Of a DNA stretch of 64,000 nt, positions 54,051 to 64,000 are shown one piece after another. The notes beneath the pieces were generated by a model. The model was not told the DNA's origin. It did not search any database and saw only the letters and a program-made list of their open reading frames with translations. The stretch covers positions 21,425 to 85,424 of the forward strand of contig JAEWXC010000051.1 of assembly GCA_023396115.1 (NCBI GenBank), in the 5' to 3' direction. The number at the start of each line of letters is the position of its first letter. Position 1 is the first letter of the stretch. The position numbers were made by a program, and so were the translations under genes. This stretch comes from Actinomycetes bacterium. GTDB lineage: Bacteria; Actinomycetota; Actinomycetes; Propionibacteriales; Nocardioidaceae.

Positions 54051-54072
54051 ACGGTAGGTCACTCCCCCGACA
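54051..54072 (-). promoter_or_regulatory. Candidate RecA-NDp (PafBC-type) DNA-damage promoter upstream of herA
   Basis: The minus strand reads TGTCGGGG-gagtgacc-TACCGT, against the consensus tTGTCRgtg-N8-TAnnnT. The -10-like hexamer ends 47 nt before the herA GTG. Confidence 0.5.
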
Positions 54073-54113
54073 CAGCGTGGTCTCCCCCGCCCACGGCACG
54101 GTGCGGGGCCGGT

Positions 54114-54139
54114 GGACGACGACGGGCCGCACCCGTGGG
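54114..54139 (-). terminator. Stem-loop downstream of pyrG
   Basis: GGGCCGCACCC-gtgg-GGGTGCGGCCC starts 30 nt after the pyrG stop (54170). Confidence 0.55.
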
Positions 54140-54169
54140 GGTGCGGCCCGGCGTGGTGCTCGGAGTCGA

Positions 54170-55861
<1,692 letters not shown>

Positions 55862-55866
55862 CTAGC

Positions 55867-56742
55867 CTACCCCAGCGGAAGCGGGCCGTGGGCACCTGAC
55901 GCGCCGAAATCGCCTCCGGCACCGTCCAGGGCCCGGCTCAGACCGAGCACGGAGGCGACCTGGCCCGTGACGGACTCCACACCGTCGACCAGCACCACGG
56001 TCTCGGCCAGGCCCGCCGAACGGAGGCTCTCGACCAGCTCGGACTCGGTGCCGGTGGCGACCACCACACCCGCGGCGCGACGCGCGAGGCCGGTGACCAG
56101 GCCGGAGTGCACAACGTCCGCGCCGTCGGTCATCTCCGGGTCGGCAGCCAGCACCAGCACCACCTTGGACCGGTTGGTGGGCGGCTCGGGCGAGGCGAGC
56201 AGGTCGGCACCGGTCAGGCCCTCCAGCACCGCGTTGGTCTTGGCGTCCCCGGGCTTGCCGGCCGGTTCGGCGACCGCGTTGCCGAGCAGCTCGCCCAACC
56301 GCTCGTAGGTGGGTGGTGCCTCGGTCATCGTGCCCTCGGGCATCTGGGTGGCCAACTGGCTGGTCAGGGTGTCGACCAGGGATTTCTGGGCGGGTGCGAC
56401 CAGACCGGCCGCGGCCCGGTACTCGACCGGGAGCGCACCGGCAGCGGTGAGCTGGCGGGTCATGGCGGCCGCGCGGGCGTCGGTGACCCCGGGCATCCGC
56501 AGCACGGCGACCTGGACGTCCTTGAGGCTGGTCCCGTAGGCGCGGGGGGCGAGAGCGGCCAGGGCGCGTTCGGCGACCTTCTGCTGGGTCCGGGCCTCGT
56601 CGGTCTGAGCCCGGGCGGTGTCGACGTCGCTGCCGCCGTCGCGTCCGAGCTCGGACAGGGGGCCGCCGCCGAGCGCCACGCCCACGGCGAGGGCCAGGAA
56701 GACGGCGACGAGGGTGGTCAGGTGGTACCGGAAGCTGATCAC
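55867..56742 (-). CDS. MctB-like 'copper transporter' family membrane protein (the usual SteA partner position)
   Basis: Start re-set to GTG 56742, overlapping the steA stop (GTGA) and preceded by AAGGAAAG. The N-terminus VISFRYHLTTLVAVFLALAVG is typical of the family. Confidence 0.75.
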   Translation of the reverse strand: MISFRYHLTTLVAVFLALAVGVALGGGPLSELGRDGGSDVDTARAQTDEARTQQKVAERALAALAPRAYGTSLKDVQVAVLRMPGVTDARAAAMTRQLTAAGALPVEYRAAAGLVAPAQKSLVDTLTSQLATQMPEGTMTEAPPTYERLGELLGNAVAEPAGKPGDAKTNAVLEGLTGADLLASPEPPTNRSKVVLVLAADPEMTDGADVVHSGLVTGLARRAAGVVVATGTESELVESLRSAGLAETVVLVDGVESVTGQVASVLGLSRALDGAGGDFGASGAHGPLPLG

Positions 56743-57923
56743 GAGAACTTTCCTTGGATCTGGTCGACGAGGTGGCGGCAGGCGTCGAGTGCTGACTCGA
56801 CCCACTCACCTCCGACGGGGGTGACGGCGAGGGCGGCGACGAGCGCCACGAACCCCGCCAGCAGCAGCAGCAGGAGGTGGCGGGGGCGGACCCGGCCGGA
56901 GTAGAGGGTGGGCAGCGCGGTGGCGTCGACCAGTCGGGGGCCGACCCGCAGCCTGGTGAGGTAGGTGCTGGCCAGACCGGTCCGCCGGCTGTCCAGGAAC
57001 TCCTCGAGCGCCGCGTGCATGCCGACGCCCACCACCACCGAGGCCTCGGCGGCGTCGGCCAGCAGCAGTGCCACGTCCTCGGGGGTCACGCCGGTCTCCA
57101 CCCGCAGGGCCCGGACGCCGAGGCGCTCGAGGTGCTCGGTGGCCTCGCGGCCTGCTCCGGGGTCGAGGCGCACGACGACGTCGCGGGCCTGCTTCAGCGC
57201 CCGGGTGGAGGGACCGTCGCCGCCTGCGCGGGCCTGGAGCACCACCACGTCGGGCCGCAGTCGTGCGGCCAGGAGCGCGTCGGCGCCGCTGTCGACGCCC
57301 ACCAGCACGGGGTGCTGTTCCCGGACGAAGGCGCGGACGGATCGCAGTTCCTCGGCGACCTGGTCCCCCGGGGCGACGACCACCACGGGGCGGCCGGCCA
57401 GGCGGGTGCGCAGTGCGGGAAGCCCCTGACCGTGCAGCAGCAGCTCCTCCTCACGGCGGAGCAGGGCGGCGGAGTTGTGCGCGAACGTCTCCAGCTGCAC
57501 CGGCAGTGCGCTGCGGGCGGCCTGCATCTGCTCGCGGACCTGGTCGAGGCCGATCACGGTGCCGGTGGCGACCAGGGTCTCCCCGTCGTGGATCTCCCCG
57601 CCGTCGACCCGCACCGTCGTGCCGTCGCTGAGCGCCAGCACGTCGCTGCCGGCGTTCTCGACCACCTCGACCCCGGCCGTGGTGAGCACCTCGGGTCCCC
57701 GGCTGGCGAACCGGCCCGAGATCATCGGCGAGGCGTTGACCACGACCGCGACACCGGCGTCAACCAGCGCCTGGGCGGTGGCCCGGTCCAGGTCGAGGTG
57801 GTCGATCACCGCGACGTCACCGGGCCGGACCCGGCCGAGCAGTTGGCGGGGGTTGCGGTCCACGCGGGCGGTACCGGAGGTACCGGGGGCTGGGGGCGTG
57901 GCTGACTTCCTGGCGATCTTCAT
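56739..57923 (-). CDS. steA: Putative cytokinetic ring protein SteA
   Basis: 394 aa. GTARVDRNPRQLLGRVRPGDVAVIDHLDLDRATAQALVDAGVAVVVNA matches the SteA N-terminus. C-terminal TM helix. Confidence 0.8.
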   Translation of the reverse strand: MKIARKSATPPAPGTSGTARVDRNPRQLLGRVRPGDVAVIDHLDLDRATAQALVDAGVAVVVNASPMISGRFASRGPEVLTTAGVEVVENAGSDVLALSDGTTVRVDGGEIHDGETLVATGTVIGLDQVREQMQAARSALPVQLETFAHNSAALLRREEELLLHGQGLPALRTRLAGRPVVVVAPGDQVAEELRSVRAFVREQHPVLVGVDSGADALLAARLRPDVVVLQARAGGDGPSTRALKQARDVVVRLDPGAGREATEHLERLGVRALRVETGVTPEDVALLLADAAEASVVVGVGMHAALEEFLDSRRTGLASTYLTRLRVGPRLVDATALPTLYSGRVRPRHLLLLLLAGFVALVAALAVTPVGGEWVESALDACRHLVDQIQGKFS

Positions 57924-57995
57924 GACCGCGCCATCCTTCCAGCCGGGTGCAGGCGTGCTGCGGACCTGCCGACGTCGGCGCGTTGCCCCGGTCGG

Positions 57996-59741
57996 TCAGG
58001 CGCGGCGGGCCTCGCCGGCGGTGTCCAGCAGCTCACGGGCGTGGGCACGGGCGGTGTCGGAGTCCTCGAGGCCGGCGAGCATCCGGGAGAGCTCGACCTC
58101 ACGCTCGGTCTCGTCGAGCACCTGCAGTCCCGACGTGGTGACCGTGCCGTCGCTGGCCTTCGCGACCACGACGTGGGAGTCGGCGAACGCTGCGACCTGC
58201 GGCAGGTGGGTGACGACCAGTACCTGGGCGGTGCGCGCCAGTTGGGCCAGCCGCCGACCGATCTCGATCGCCGCCTTGCCGCCGACGCCGGCGTCGACCT
58301 CGTCGAAGACGAACGTGGGGACCGGGCTGGTCTCGGCGAGCACGACCTCCAGGGCCAGCATCACCCGGGACAGCTCTCCCCCGGAGGCGCCCTTGTGCAG
58401 CGGGCGCGGTTCGGAGCCGGTGTTGGCGGCGAGCAGGAACTCGATCTCGTCGACCCCGTGGGCGTTGAACCGCAGAGTCCGCTCCCCCACCACCAGCGGA
58501 CCGCCCGGCTCGTCGGCGGGCGCAGCCTCGTGCTGGTGGACGGCGATCTCCACGACGGCGTGGGGCATGGCGAGCTGGGTCAGCTCGGCGCTGACCCGCG
58601 CGGCGAGTTTGCCGGCGGCCTTGGTGCGGGCGGCGGTGAGTGCGGCGGCAGCGGCACCCAGCTCACCACGCAGCCGGACCCGTTCGGCGCGGAGCAGCTC
58701 GACCCGGTCGTCGTCCCCGTCCAGGGCGAAGAGCCGCTCGGCGGCGGAGCGGGACCAGGCCAACACCTCGTCGATCGTGTCGCCGTACTTGCGGGTCAGG
58801 GCGCCCAGTGCTGCCCGTCGTTCGCTCACGCCGGCCAGCCGGGCCGGATCGGTCTCCAGCCCGGAGGCGTAGGAGGCGACGTCGGCGGCCAGGTCGTTGA
58901 GCAGGTGCGACAGCTCCACCACCCGGTCGGCCAGGTCGGCCGCGGTGCGGTCGTGGTCACGCACGCTCTCCAGCAGCTGCCGCGCAGCAGAGACGCAGGC
59001 GAGCGCGTCGGCCGCCCCGGTGTCGCTGGAGAGTGCCTCGCGGGCCTGCTCCGCGGCGGTGCGCAGGGTGTCGGCGTGGCCGAGCCGGGACTCCTCCTCG
59101 GCCAGCGCGAGGTCCTCGCCGGGTTCGGGTGAGACGGCGTCGATCTCCTCCACCCCGAACCGCAACCGGTCCGCCTCCAGGGCGCGTTCGCGGGCGGTGG
59201 TGGTGACGTCCACCAGCTCCTTCTCCACGGCCACGAGCTCGTCGTGCAGGCGCCGGTAGGTACCGCGCACCTTGGCCAGGGACGCGCCACCGAACCGGTC
59301 CAGCGCCTCCCGCTGGGGTGGGGTGCGCAGAAGCCGGTGCTGGTCGGACTGACCGTGCACGGCCACCAGGTTGTCGGTGATCTCGGAGAGTGTCGTGGCC
59401 GGGACCCCGGCACCGCCCACCCAGGCCCGGGAGCGTCCCTCGGCGGCGATGTTGCGGGCCAGCACCACCCGGCCGTCCTCCACCTCGCCCCCGACGTCGT
59501 CGACGGAGGCGGCGAGGTTGCCGTCCTCGGGCACCCGGATGAGACCTTCCACCCGGGCCGCCCGTGCGCCGCGGCGCACGGCGCCGGAGTCGGCGCGACC
59601 GCCCATGAGCAGACCGAGCGCGCTGACAATCATCGTCTTGCCCGCGCCGGTCTCGCCGGTGATCACGGTCAACCCCGGACCCAGAGCCAGCTCGGAGGAG
59701 TCGATGACACCCAACTGGGTGATCCGGATCTCCTCGATCAC
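57996..59741 (-). CDS. recN: DNA repair protein RecN
   Basis: Start re-set to GTG 59741, overlapping the nadK stop (GTGA). VIEEIRITQLGVIDSSELALGPGLTVITGETGAGKTM, and C-terminal ASGGELSRVMLAL..FDEVDAGVGG. Confidence 0.9.
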   Translation of the reverse strand: MIEEIRITQLGVIDSSELALGPGLTVITGETGAGKTMIVSALGLLMGGRADSGAVRRGARAARVEGLIRVPEDGNLAASVDDVGGEVEDGRVVLARNIAAEGRSRAWVGGAGVPATTLSEITDNLVAVHGQSDQHRLLRTPPQREALDRFGGASLAKVRGTYRRLHDELVAVEKELVDVTTTARERALEADRLRFGVEEIDAVSPEPGEDLALAEEESRLGHADTLRTAAEQAREALSSDTGAADALACVSAARQLLESVRDHDRTAADLADRVVELSHLLNDLAADVASYASGLETDPARLAGVSERRAALGALTRKYGDTIDEVLAWSRSAAERLFALDGDDDRVELLRAERVRLRGELGAAAAALTAARTKAAGKLAARVSAELTQLAMPHAVVEIAVHQHEAAPADEPGGPLVVGERTLRFNAHGVDEIEFLLAANTGSEPRPLHKGASGGELSRVMLALEVVLAETSPVPTFVFDEVDAGVGGKAAIEIGRRLAQLARTAQVLVVTHLPQVAAFADSHVVVAKASDGTVTTSGLQVLDETEREVELSRMLAGLEDSDTARAHARELLDTAGEARRA

Positions 59742-60694
59742 GCGGTCTCCTCCTCGGCTCGACGGCGGCGCTCGGCGGAGCCACGCCAGCCCTCGACCGA
59801 GAGCCCGAACTTGGCCACCAGCCGGTCGGTGAAGGGAGCCTCGTGCAACCGCACCAGACGGACCGGTGCGGCGCCACGGCGGACCTCGATCCGGGCTCCG
59901 GGCGGCAGGTCCACGGTGCGGCGTCCGTCGCACCACAGCACTCCCGCACCCTCGGTGCCGGCGAGCACCTCGACCGCGAGGGTCGAGGTCGGTGCCACCA
60001 CCATGGGTCGGGCGAACAGGGCGTGCGCGCTGATCGGGACCATGAGCAGCGCCTCGACGCCGGGCCAGACCACGGGTCCGCCGGCGGAGAAGTTGTAGGC
60101 CGTCGACCCGGTCGGGGTGGCCATCACGACGCCGTCGCAACCCCAGCGGCTCAGCGGGCGACCGTCGATCTCGACCACGACCTCGAGCATGCGTTCCCGG
60201 GCTGCCTTCTCGACGCTGGCCTCGTTGAGCGCGAACGTGTGGAAGACGACCTGCTTGCCCTGGATGATCTGCACGTCGAGGGTGAGCCGGTCCTCGGCGG
60301 TGTAGCGCCGCTCGACGATGGCGGCGATCGAGGTCTCCACGTCGTCGTACTCGGCCTCGGCCAGGAACCCGACGTGGCCCAGGTTGACCCCGAGCAGCGG
60401 GGTCTGGTGGGCGTGGGTGAGCTCGGCGGCGCGCAGGATCGTGCCGTCACCGCCGACCACGACGGCCAGCTCACAGCCCTCGCCGGCCCGGTCCTCCCCG
60501 ACGATCTCGACCCCTTCGCCGGGCGGGACGCCCAGCGCCTGGGCCTCGTGGTCCACCAGGACCACCTGCAGTCCGTGGGCGGACAGCTCCCGCACGAAGG
60601 AGCTGGCCACTTCGCAGGCGGCGGCGCGACCGGTGTGGGTGAGCACGAGGATCCGACGGGTCGGGTCGGGGGGCGTGCTGGTCTGGTCCGTCAC
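59738..60694 (-). CDS. nadK: NAD kinase
   Basis: 318 aa with GGDGTILRAA and NLGHVGFL motifs. Confidence 0.9.
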   Translation of the reverse strand: MTDQTSTPPDPTRRILVLTHTGRAAACEVASSFVRELSAHGLQVVLVDHEAQALGVPPGEGVEIVGEDRAGEGCELAVVVGGDGTILRAAELTHAHQTPLLGVNLGHVGFLAEAEYDDVETSIAAIVERRYTAEDRLTLDVQIIQGKQVVFHTFALNEASVEKAARERMLEVVVEIDGRPLSRWGCDGVVMATPTGSTAYNFSAGGPVVWPGVEALLMVPISAHALFARPMVVAPTSTLAVEVLAGTEGAGVLWCDGRRTVDLPPGARIEVRRGAAPVRLVRLHEAPFTDRLVAKFGLSVEGWRGSAERRRRAEEETA

Positions 60695-61548
60695 TCCTCC
60701 ACCCTCCCAGCCGGGTCCGACGCACCGGTGACCGGGTTCGGGGCCGCGGCGCTGCCCCGCACCACCTCGGCGGTGATCGCCTCGTGGCTGACCTGCGGCT
60801 CACCGTGGCGCAGCCGCAGGAAGAACTCCACGTTCCCCGACGGGCCGGGCAGCGGTGAGGTGGCCACGTCCACGGCCCCCCACCCCAGGCGGGCCGCGTG
60901 GTCGGCCACGGTCCGGACGGTCTCGGCCCGCAGCTCCGGGTCACGCACCACCCCGCCCTTGCCGACCCGGTCCTTGCCGACCTCGAACTGCGGCTTGACC
61001 ATGAGCGCCAGGTCGCCGTCGGGTGCGGTGACGGCGACCAGGGCCTCGAGCACCAGGGTGAGCGAGATGAAGGAGAGGTCGCCGACGACGAGGTCGACGG
61101 GGCCGCCGATGAGCTCGGTGCTGAGGTCACGGATGTTCGTCCGGTCGTGCACCCGGACCCGGTCGTCGTTGCGCAGGCGCCAGACCAGCTGGCCGTACCC
61201 GACGTCGACCGCGACGACCTCGGCGGCGCCCCGGGACAGCAGCACGTCGGTGAAGCCCCCGGTCGAGGCGCCCGCGTCGAGGCAACGACGTCCCCGCACC
61301 TCGAGCGACGAGAAGGCGTCCAGGGCGCCGAGCAGCTTGTGGGCGCCGCGGGAGGCGTACTCGGGGCGGCTGGCGTCAACGTCGACGACGATCGCCACGT
61401 CGGTGGTGATGCCGGTGGCCGGCTTGTGTGCCCGGACGCCGCTCACCTTCACACGGCCCTCGGCGATCAGTTCGCTGGCGTGCTCGCGGCTGCGGGCGAG
61501 CCCGCGCCGGACCAGTTCCGCGTCGAGGCGGAGTCGTCGGGGTGCCAC
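60691..61548 (-). CDS. tlyA: TlyA-family rRNA 2'-O-methyltransferase (S4 + FtsJ domains)
   Basis: 285 aa. RLDAELVRRGLARSREHASELIAEGRV, SRGAHKLLGALDAF, LDAGASTGGFTDVLL. Confidence 0.85.
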   Translation of the reverse strand: MAPRRLRLDAELVRRGLARSREHASELIAEGRVKVSGVRAHKPATGITTDVAIVVDVDASRPEYASRGAHKLLGALDAFSSLEVRGRRCLDAGASTGGFTDVLLSRGAAEVVAVDVGYGQLVWRLRNDDRVRVHDRTNIRDLSTELIGGPVDLVVGDLSFISLTLVLEALVAVTAPDGDLALMVKPQFEVGKDRVGKGGVVRDPELRAETVRTVADHAARLGWGAVDVATSPLPGPSGNVEFFLRLRHGEPQVSHEAITAEVVRGSAAAPNPVTGASDPAGRVEE

Positions 61549-61551
61549 GGG

Positions 61552-61791
61552 TCAGTTCTCCTCCGCCGCAGCGGGCGTGACGTCGGGGGTGGGCGCTCCC
61601 GGCACGGCTCCGGGGGTGTCGAGCGCCTGCCGCAGACGGGTGTGGGCGCGCTCGTAGACGGCCGGGTGGTCGGCCAGCGGGACGTCGTCCAGCCCGGCGA
61701 CCCAGTCCAGGACCTCGTCCACGGCACTGTTGCCCGTGCTGTCGGTGTCACCGGGGGTCCCCTGCGGCACCGTCTGCTCCTCCACGTCCAT
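61552..61791 (-). CDS. Hypothetical small acidic protein
   Basis: Start re-set to ATG 61791 (MDVEEQTVPQ...). It sits directly upstream of tlyA, a common actinobacterial arrangement. Confidence 0.45.
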   Translation of the reverse strand: MDVEEQTVPQGTPGDTDSTGNSAVDEVLDWVAGLDDVPLADHPAVYERAHTRLRQALDTPGAVPGAPTPDVTPAAAEEN

Positions 61792-61854
61792 GCGCCGAGG
61801 GTATCGCCCGGCGGGTGCCGGGGGTGGCGGTGACCCACAGGGCGCCACCGGCCG

Positions 61855-62892
61855 TCAGCCGCGGGGCGGAACCAGCCCGTCAGCCGGGGCGGGCTCCCCG
61901 GTGCGGTCCAGGTGCGACCAGCCCGCGGTGGCCACCACGCGCCACCAGTCGGCCAGCTCGCCGGCGCCGGTGACCTGCACCCCGGACCCGTCGACCCGCA
62001 CCTGCCACCCCCCGAGGCTCACCCGGTCCGCGACCACCTGCGGCGCGGGTGCCGGGGCGAGCAGGGCGCTCACGTCGAGGCCCAGGTAGGTGGGCCGTGC
62101 ATCAGCTGGTGCGGTGAGCAGGTCGTGCAGACCGCTGACGCCACTGAGCACCAGCAGCGAGTCGACGCCCGCACGACGCGCACCGAGGATGTCGGTGTCC
62201 AACCGGTCACCGACCATCAACGGTCGGGTGGACCGGTGCTGGTCGACGACCCGCTCGAAGAGTGCTGGCTCGGGCTTGCCGGCTACCTGCGGGACGACCC
62301 CGGAGAACTCGCTGAGCATCCGGACCAGGGCACCGTGCCCGGGCGCGGTGCCGAAGTCGGTGGGGAAGGTCAGGTCGGCGTTGGCCGCGACCCAGGGCAC
62401 ACCGGAGGCGATGAGCGCCCCGGCCCGGATCACCTCGCTCCAGACCACCTCGGGGCCGAACCCGGTGACCAGGGCGTCGGGACGGTCGTGGTCGGGACGG
62501 TCCGGCACCGCGACCGGGACCAGGCCGACGCGGCTCACCGCGTCGCGCAGACCGGCAGCACCCAGCACCGCCACCCGGGCGCCCGGACCCAGCCGGTCCG
62601 CGAGCAGCCCGGCCGCGGCCTGCGAACTGGTGGCCACCTCGCCGGCGGCCGCCGTCACCCCCAGGGACTGGAGGTGGTCGGCGACCTCGGCCGGGCTCCG
62701 GGAGGCGTTGTTGGTGACGAACGCGAGCGGCGTGCCCCGGTCGCGGACGCCCGCGACTGCCGCCGGGGCGGTGGGAACAACCGTTCCCCCGTGGAACAGG
62801 ACCCCGTCGAGGTCGAGCATGACGAGGTCGTGCACCTCCACCAGCGGTTGGTCGACACCCTGCAGCACGTCGTGCACCCTCCCTCGACTCAC
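61855..62892 (-). CDS. HAD-superfamily hydrolase, subfamily IIA (NagD-like)
   Basis: 345 aa. MLDLDGVLF, FVTNNASR, GKPEP, GDRLDTDI. Confidence 0.8.
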   Translation of the reverse strand: MSRGRVHDVLQGVDQPLVEVHDLVMLDLDGVLFHGGTVVPTAPAAVAGVRDRGTPLAFVTNNASRSPAEVADHLQSLGVTAAAGEVATSSQAAAGLLADRLGPGARVAVLGAAGLRDAVSRVGLVPVAVPDRPDHDRPDALVTGFGPEVVWSEVIRAGALIASGVPWVAANADLTFPTDFGTAPGHGALVRMLSEFSGVVPQVAGKPEPALFERVVDQHRSTRPLMVGDRLDTDILGARRAGVDSLLVLSGVSGLHDLLTAPADARPTYLGLDVSALLAPAPAPQVVADRVSLGGWQVRVDGSGVQVTGAGELADWWRVVATAGWSHLDRTGEPAPADGLVPPRG

Positions 62893-62911
62893 AGCCGCCT
62901 ACGATGCCACC

Positions 62912-64000
62912 GTGCAGGTGCCGCAGCCCAACCCCGACAGCCCCGAGCAGCTGGTGACCCCGCCGCGCCTGGGGCGTCCGGTGGTGCTGCGACCGTTCAG
63001 CGCACTGATGCTGGCACCGCACCGGATCAGCGACCCCTCCGCCGGGCGGGCCTTCGCCCGCCCCTACAAGGACGTCGTCGAGCGGCTGCGGCAGTGGCAG
63101 GAGACGGGGCAGGTGCTGGCCGAGCCGGACCCCGCCGTCTTCCTGCACGAGTACACCGCTGGTGGTCTCACGGTCCGAGGACTGGTGGGTCTGCTGGACC
63201 TGGGCACCCGCTCGGAGGAGCCGTACCGCACCGGGGTCTTCCCCCACGAGGCGGTGCACCCGGGGCAGGTGGGCGACCTGGCCGCCCGGATGGACGAGAC
63301 CCGGCTGAACCCTGCACCGATCCTCCTGGTGCACCGGGGGCCGGAGAACCTGCGCCACCTCATCAACGTGATCGGCCGGCGTACGCCGGACCGTTCCTAC
63401 CCGGACCGGGTCGGCACGACGCACCGGCTGTGGGCGATCCGGGACAGTGCGGAGCTGGCGGTCATCGACGAGGCACTCGCGGCCTCGCAGCTGCTCATCG
63501 CCGACGGGCACCACCGCTACGCCGCCTACCTGCGCCAGCAGGAGACGCACCCGGACACCGGGTGGGGGTCCGGGCTGGCGATGGTGGTCGACCAGGAGGA
63601 CACTCCCCTGTTCCTGGGGGCTATCCACCGGGTGCTCCGCGGCACCACGTTGCGCCAGCTCGAGCTGGCAGCGGCCGGGCTCGCGGTGGGTACCCGGCGT
63701 CAGGAGCGGATCGCTGCTCTCTCCGACCTGGATCCCGACACCCTGGTCGCCACCGACGGGTCGGGGTGGTTGACGCTGAGGTTGCCCCGGCTGCGCGACC
63801 AGGCGGCGGTGCAGTGGGTGCACGAGACCCTGACCCCGCTGCTGACCCGTGACCCGCTGCACCCGTTGAGCGGGGTGGACTACCACCACAGCACCGACGC
63901 GGCGCTGGCGAGTGCGCACCAGGGGGTGGCGCTGCTGCTCCCGGCACCGGACATCACCCTGCTCGAGCGGGTGGCCGCACGCGGCCGGGTGCTGCCGGAG
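62912..64000 (+). CDS. DUF1015-domain protein; 3' end lies outside the window
   Basis: Not in the ORF track. Hand translation from GTG 62912 stays open to the window end (363 codons): VQVPQPNPDSPEQLVTPPRLGRPVVLRPFSAL...LLIADGHHRYAAYL... The ADGHHRY motif marks DUF1015. Confidence 0.75.
   Translation, partial: MQVPQPNPDSPEQLVTPPRLGRPVVLRPFSALMLAPHRISDPSAGRAFARPYKDVVERLRQWQETGQVLAEPDPAVFLHEYTAGGLTVRGLVGLLDLGTRSEEPYRTGVFPHEAVHPGQVGDLAARMDETRLNPAPILLVHRGPENLRHLINVIGRRTPDRSYPDRVGTTHRLWAIRDSAELAVIDEALAASQLLIADGHHRYAAYLRQQETHPDTGWGSGLAMVVDQEDTPLFLGAIHRVLRGTTLRQLELAAAGLAVGTRRQERIAALSDLDPDTLVATDGSGWLTLRLPRLRDQAAVQWVHETLTPLLTRDPLHPLSGVDYHHSTDAALASAHQGVALLLPAPDITLLERVAARGRVLPE

Overview
Very high-G+C Actinomycetota chromosome segment, supported by a WhiB-type regulator, a PafB/PafC-like WYL pair, SteA, and many GTGA/ATGA overlapping gene junctions. 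M in the ORF track often stands for a GTG or TTG start, and I re-set several starts by reading the DNA.

The window has three parts.

(1) 1-10.8 kb holds ordinary accessory and metabolic genes. These are a partial CNNM/CorC-type protein, a stand-alone PafB/PafC-like WYL regulator pair, a BASS transporter, an acyl-CoA synthetase, a hexapeptide acetyltransferase, two tandem secreted PG-binding/M15 (VanY-like) peptidase paralogs, an orphan carbamate kinase and a zinc-ribbon membrane protein. Two unusual intergenic tandem-repeat arrays also lie here.

(2) 10.8-28.5 kb is an integration hotspot at tRNA-Pro(GGG). A decayed older island sits first (IS481-type transposase fragment, lower-G+C lipoprotein gene, frameshifted integrase 3' remnant). 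It is followed by an apparently intact 15.7-kb element bounded by exact 50-bp direct repeats. The element encodes a tyrosine integrase, an XRE repressor, two Xis-like HTH proteins, a RepA-like AAA ATPase with an iteron cluster, TerS, TerL, WhiB and a 931-aa tape measure protein. I can recognise no portal, capsid, protease, tail-tube or lysis genes, so it is a satellite-like or minimal phage-derived element. This is the best candidate for something undescribed.

(3) 28.5-64 kb is a conserved housekeeping block: CNNM/CBS, der, plsC-like, cmk, tyrA, rluB-like, scpB, scpA, parA-like, DUF3516-type helicase, xerD, NUDIX, pepN, pyrG, MctB-like, steA, recN, nadK, tlyA, HAD and DUF1015. It contains a chimeric transporter pseudogene. 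It also contains an archaeal-order herA-sbcD(mre11)-sbcC(rad50)-nurA operon preceded by a sequence matching the actinobacterial RecA-NDp (PafBC-type) DNA-damage promoter motif.

No rRNA genes or CRISPR arrays were seen. All calls rest on reading the sequence and recalled family motifs; no searches were run.
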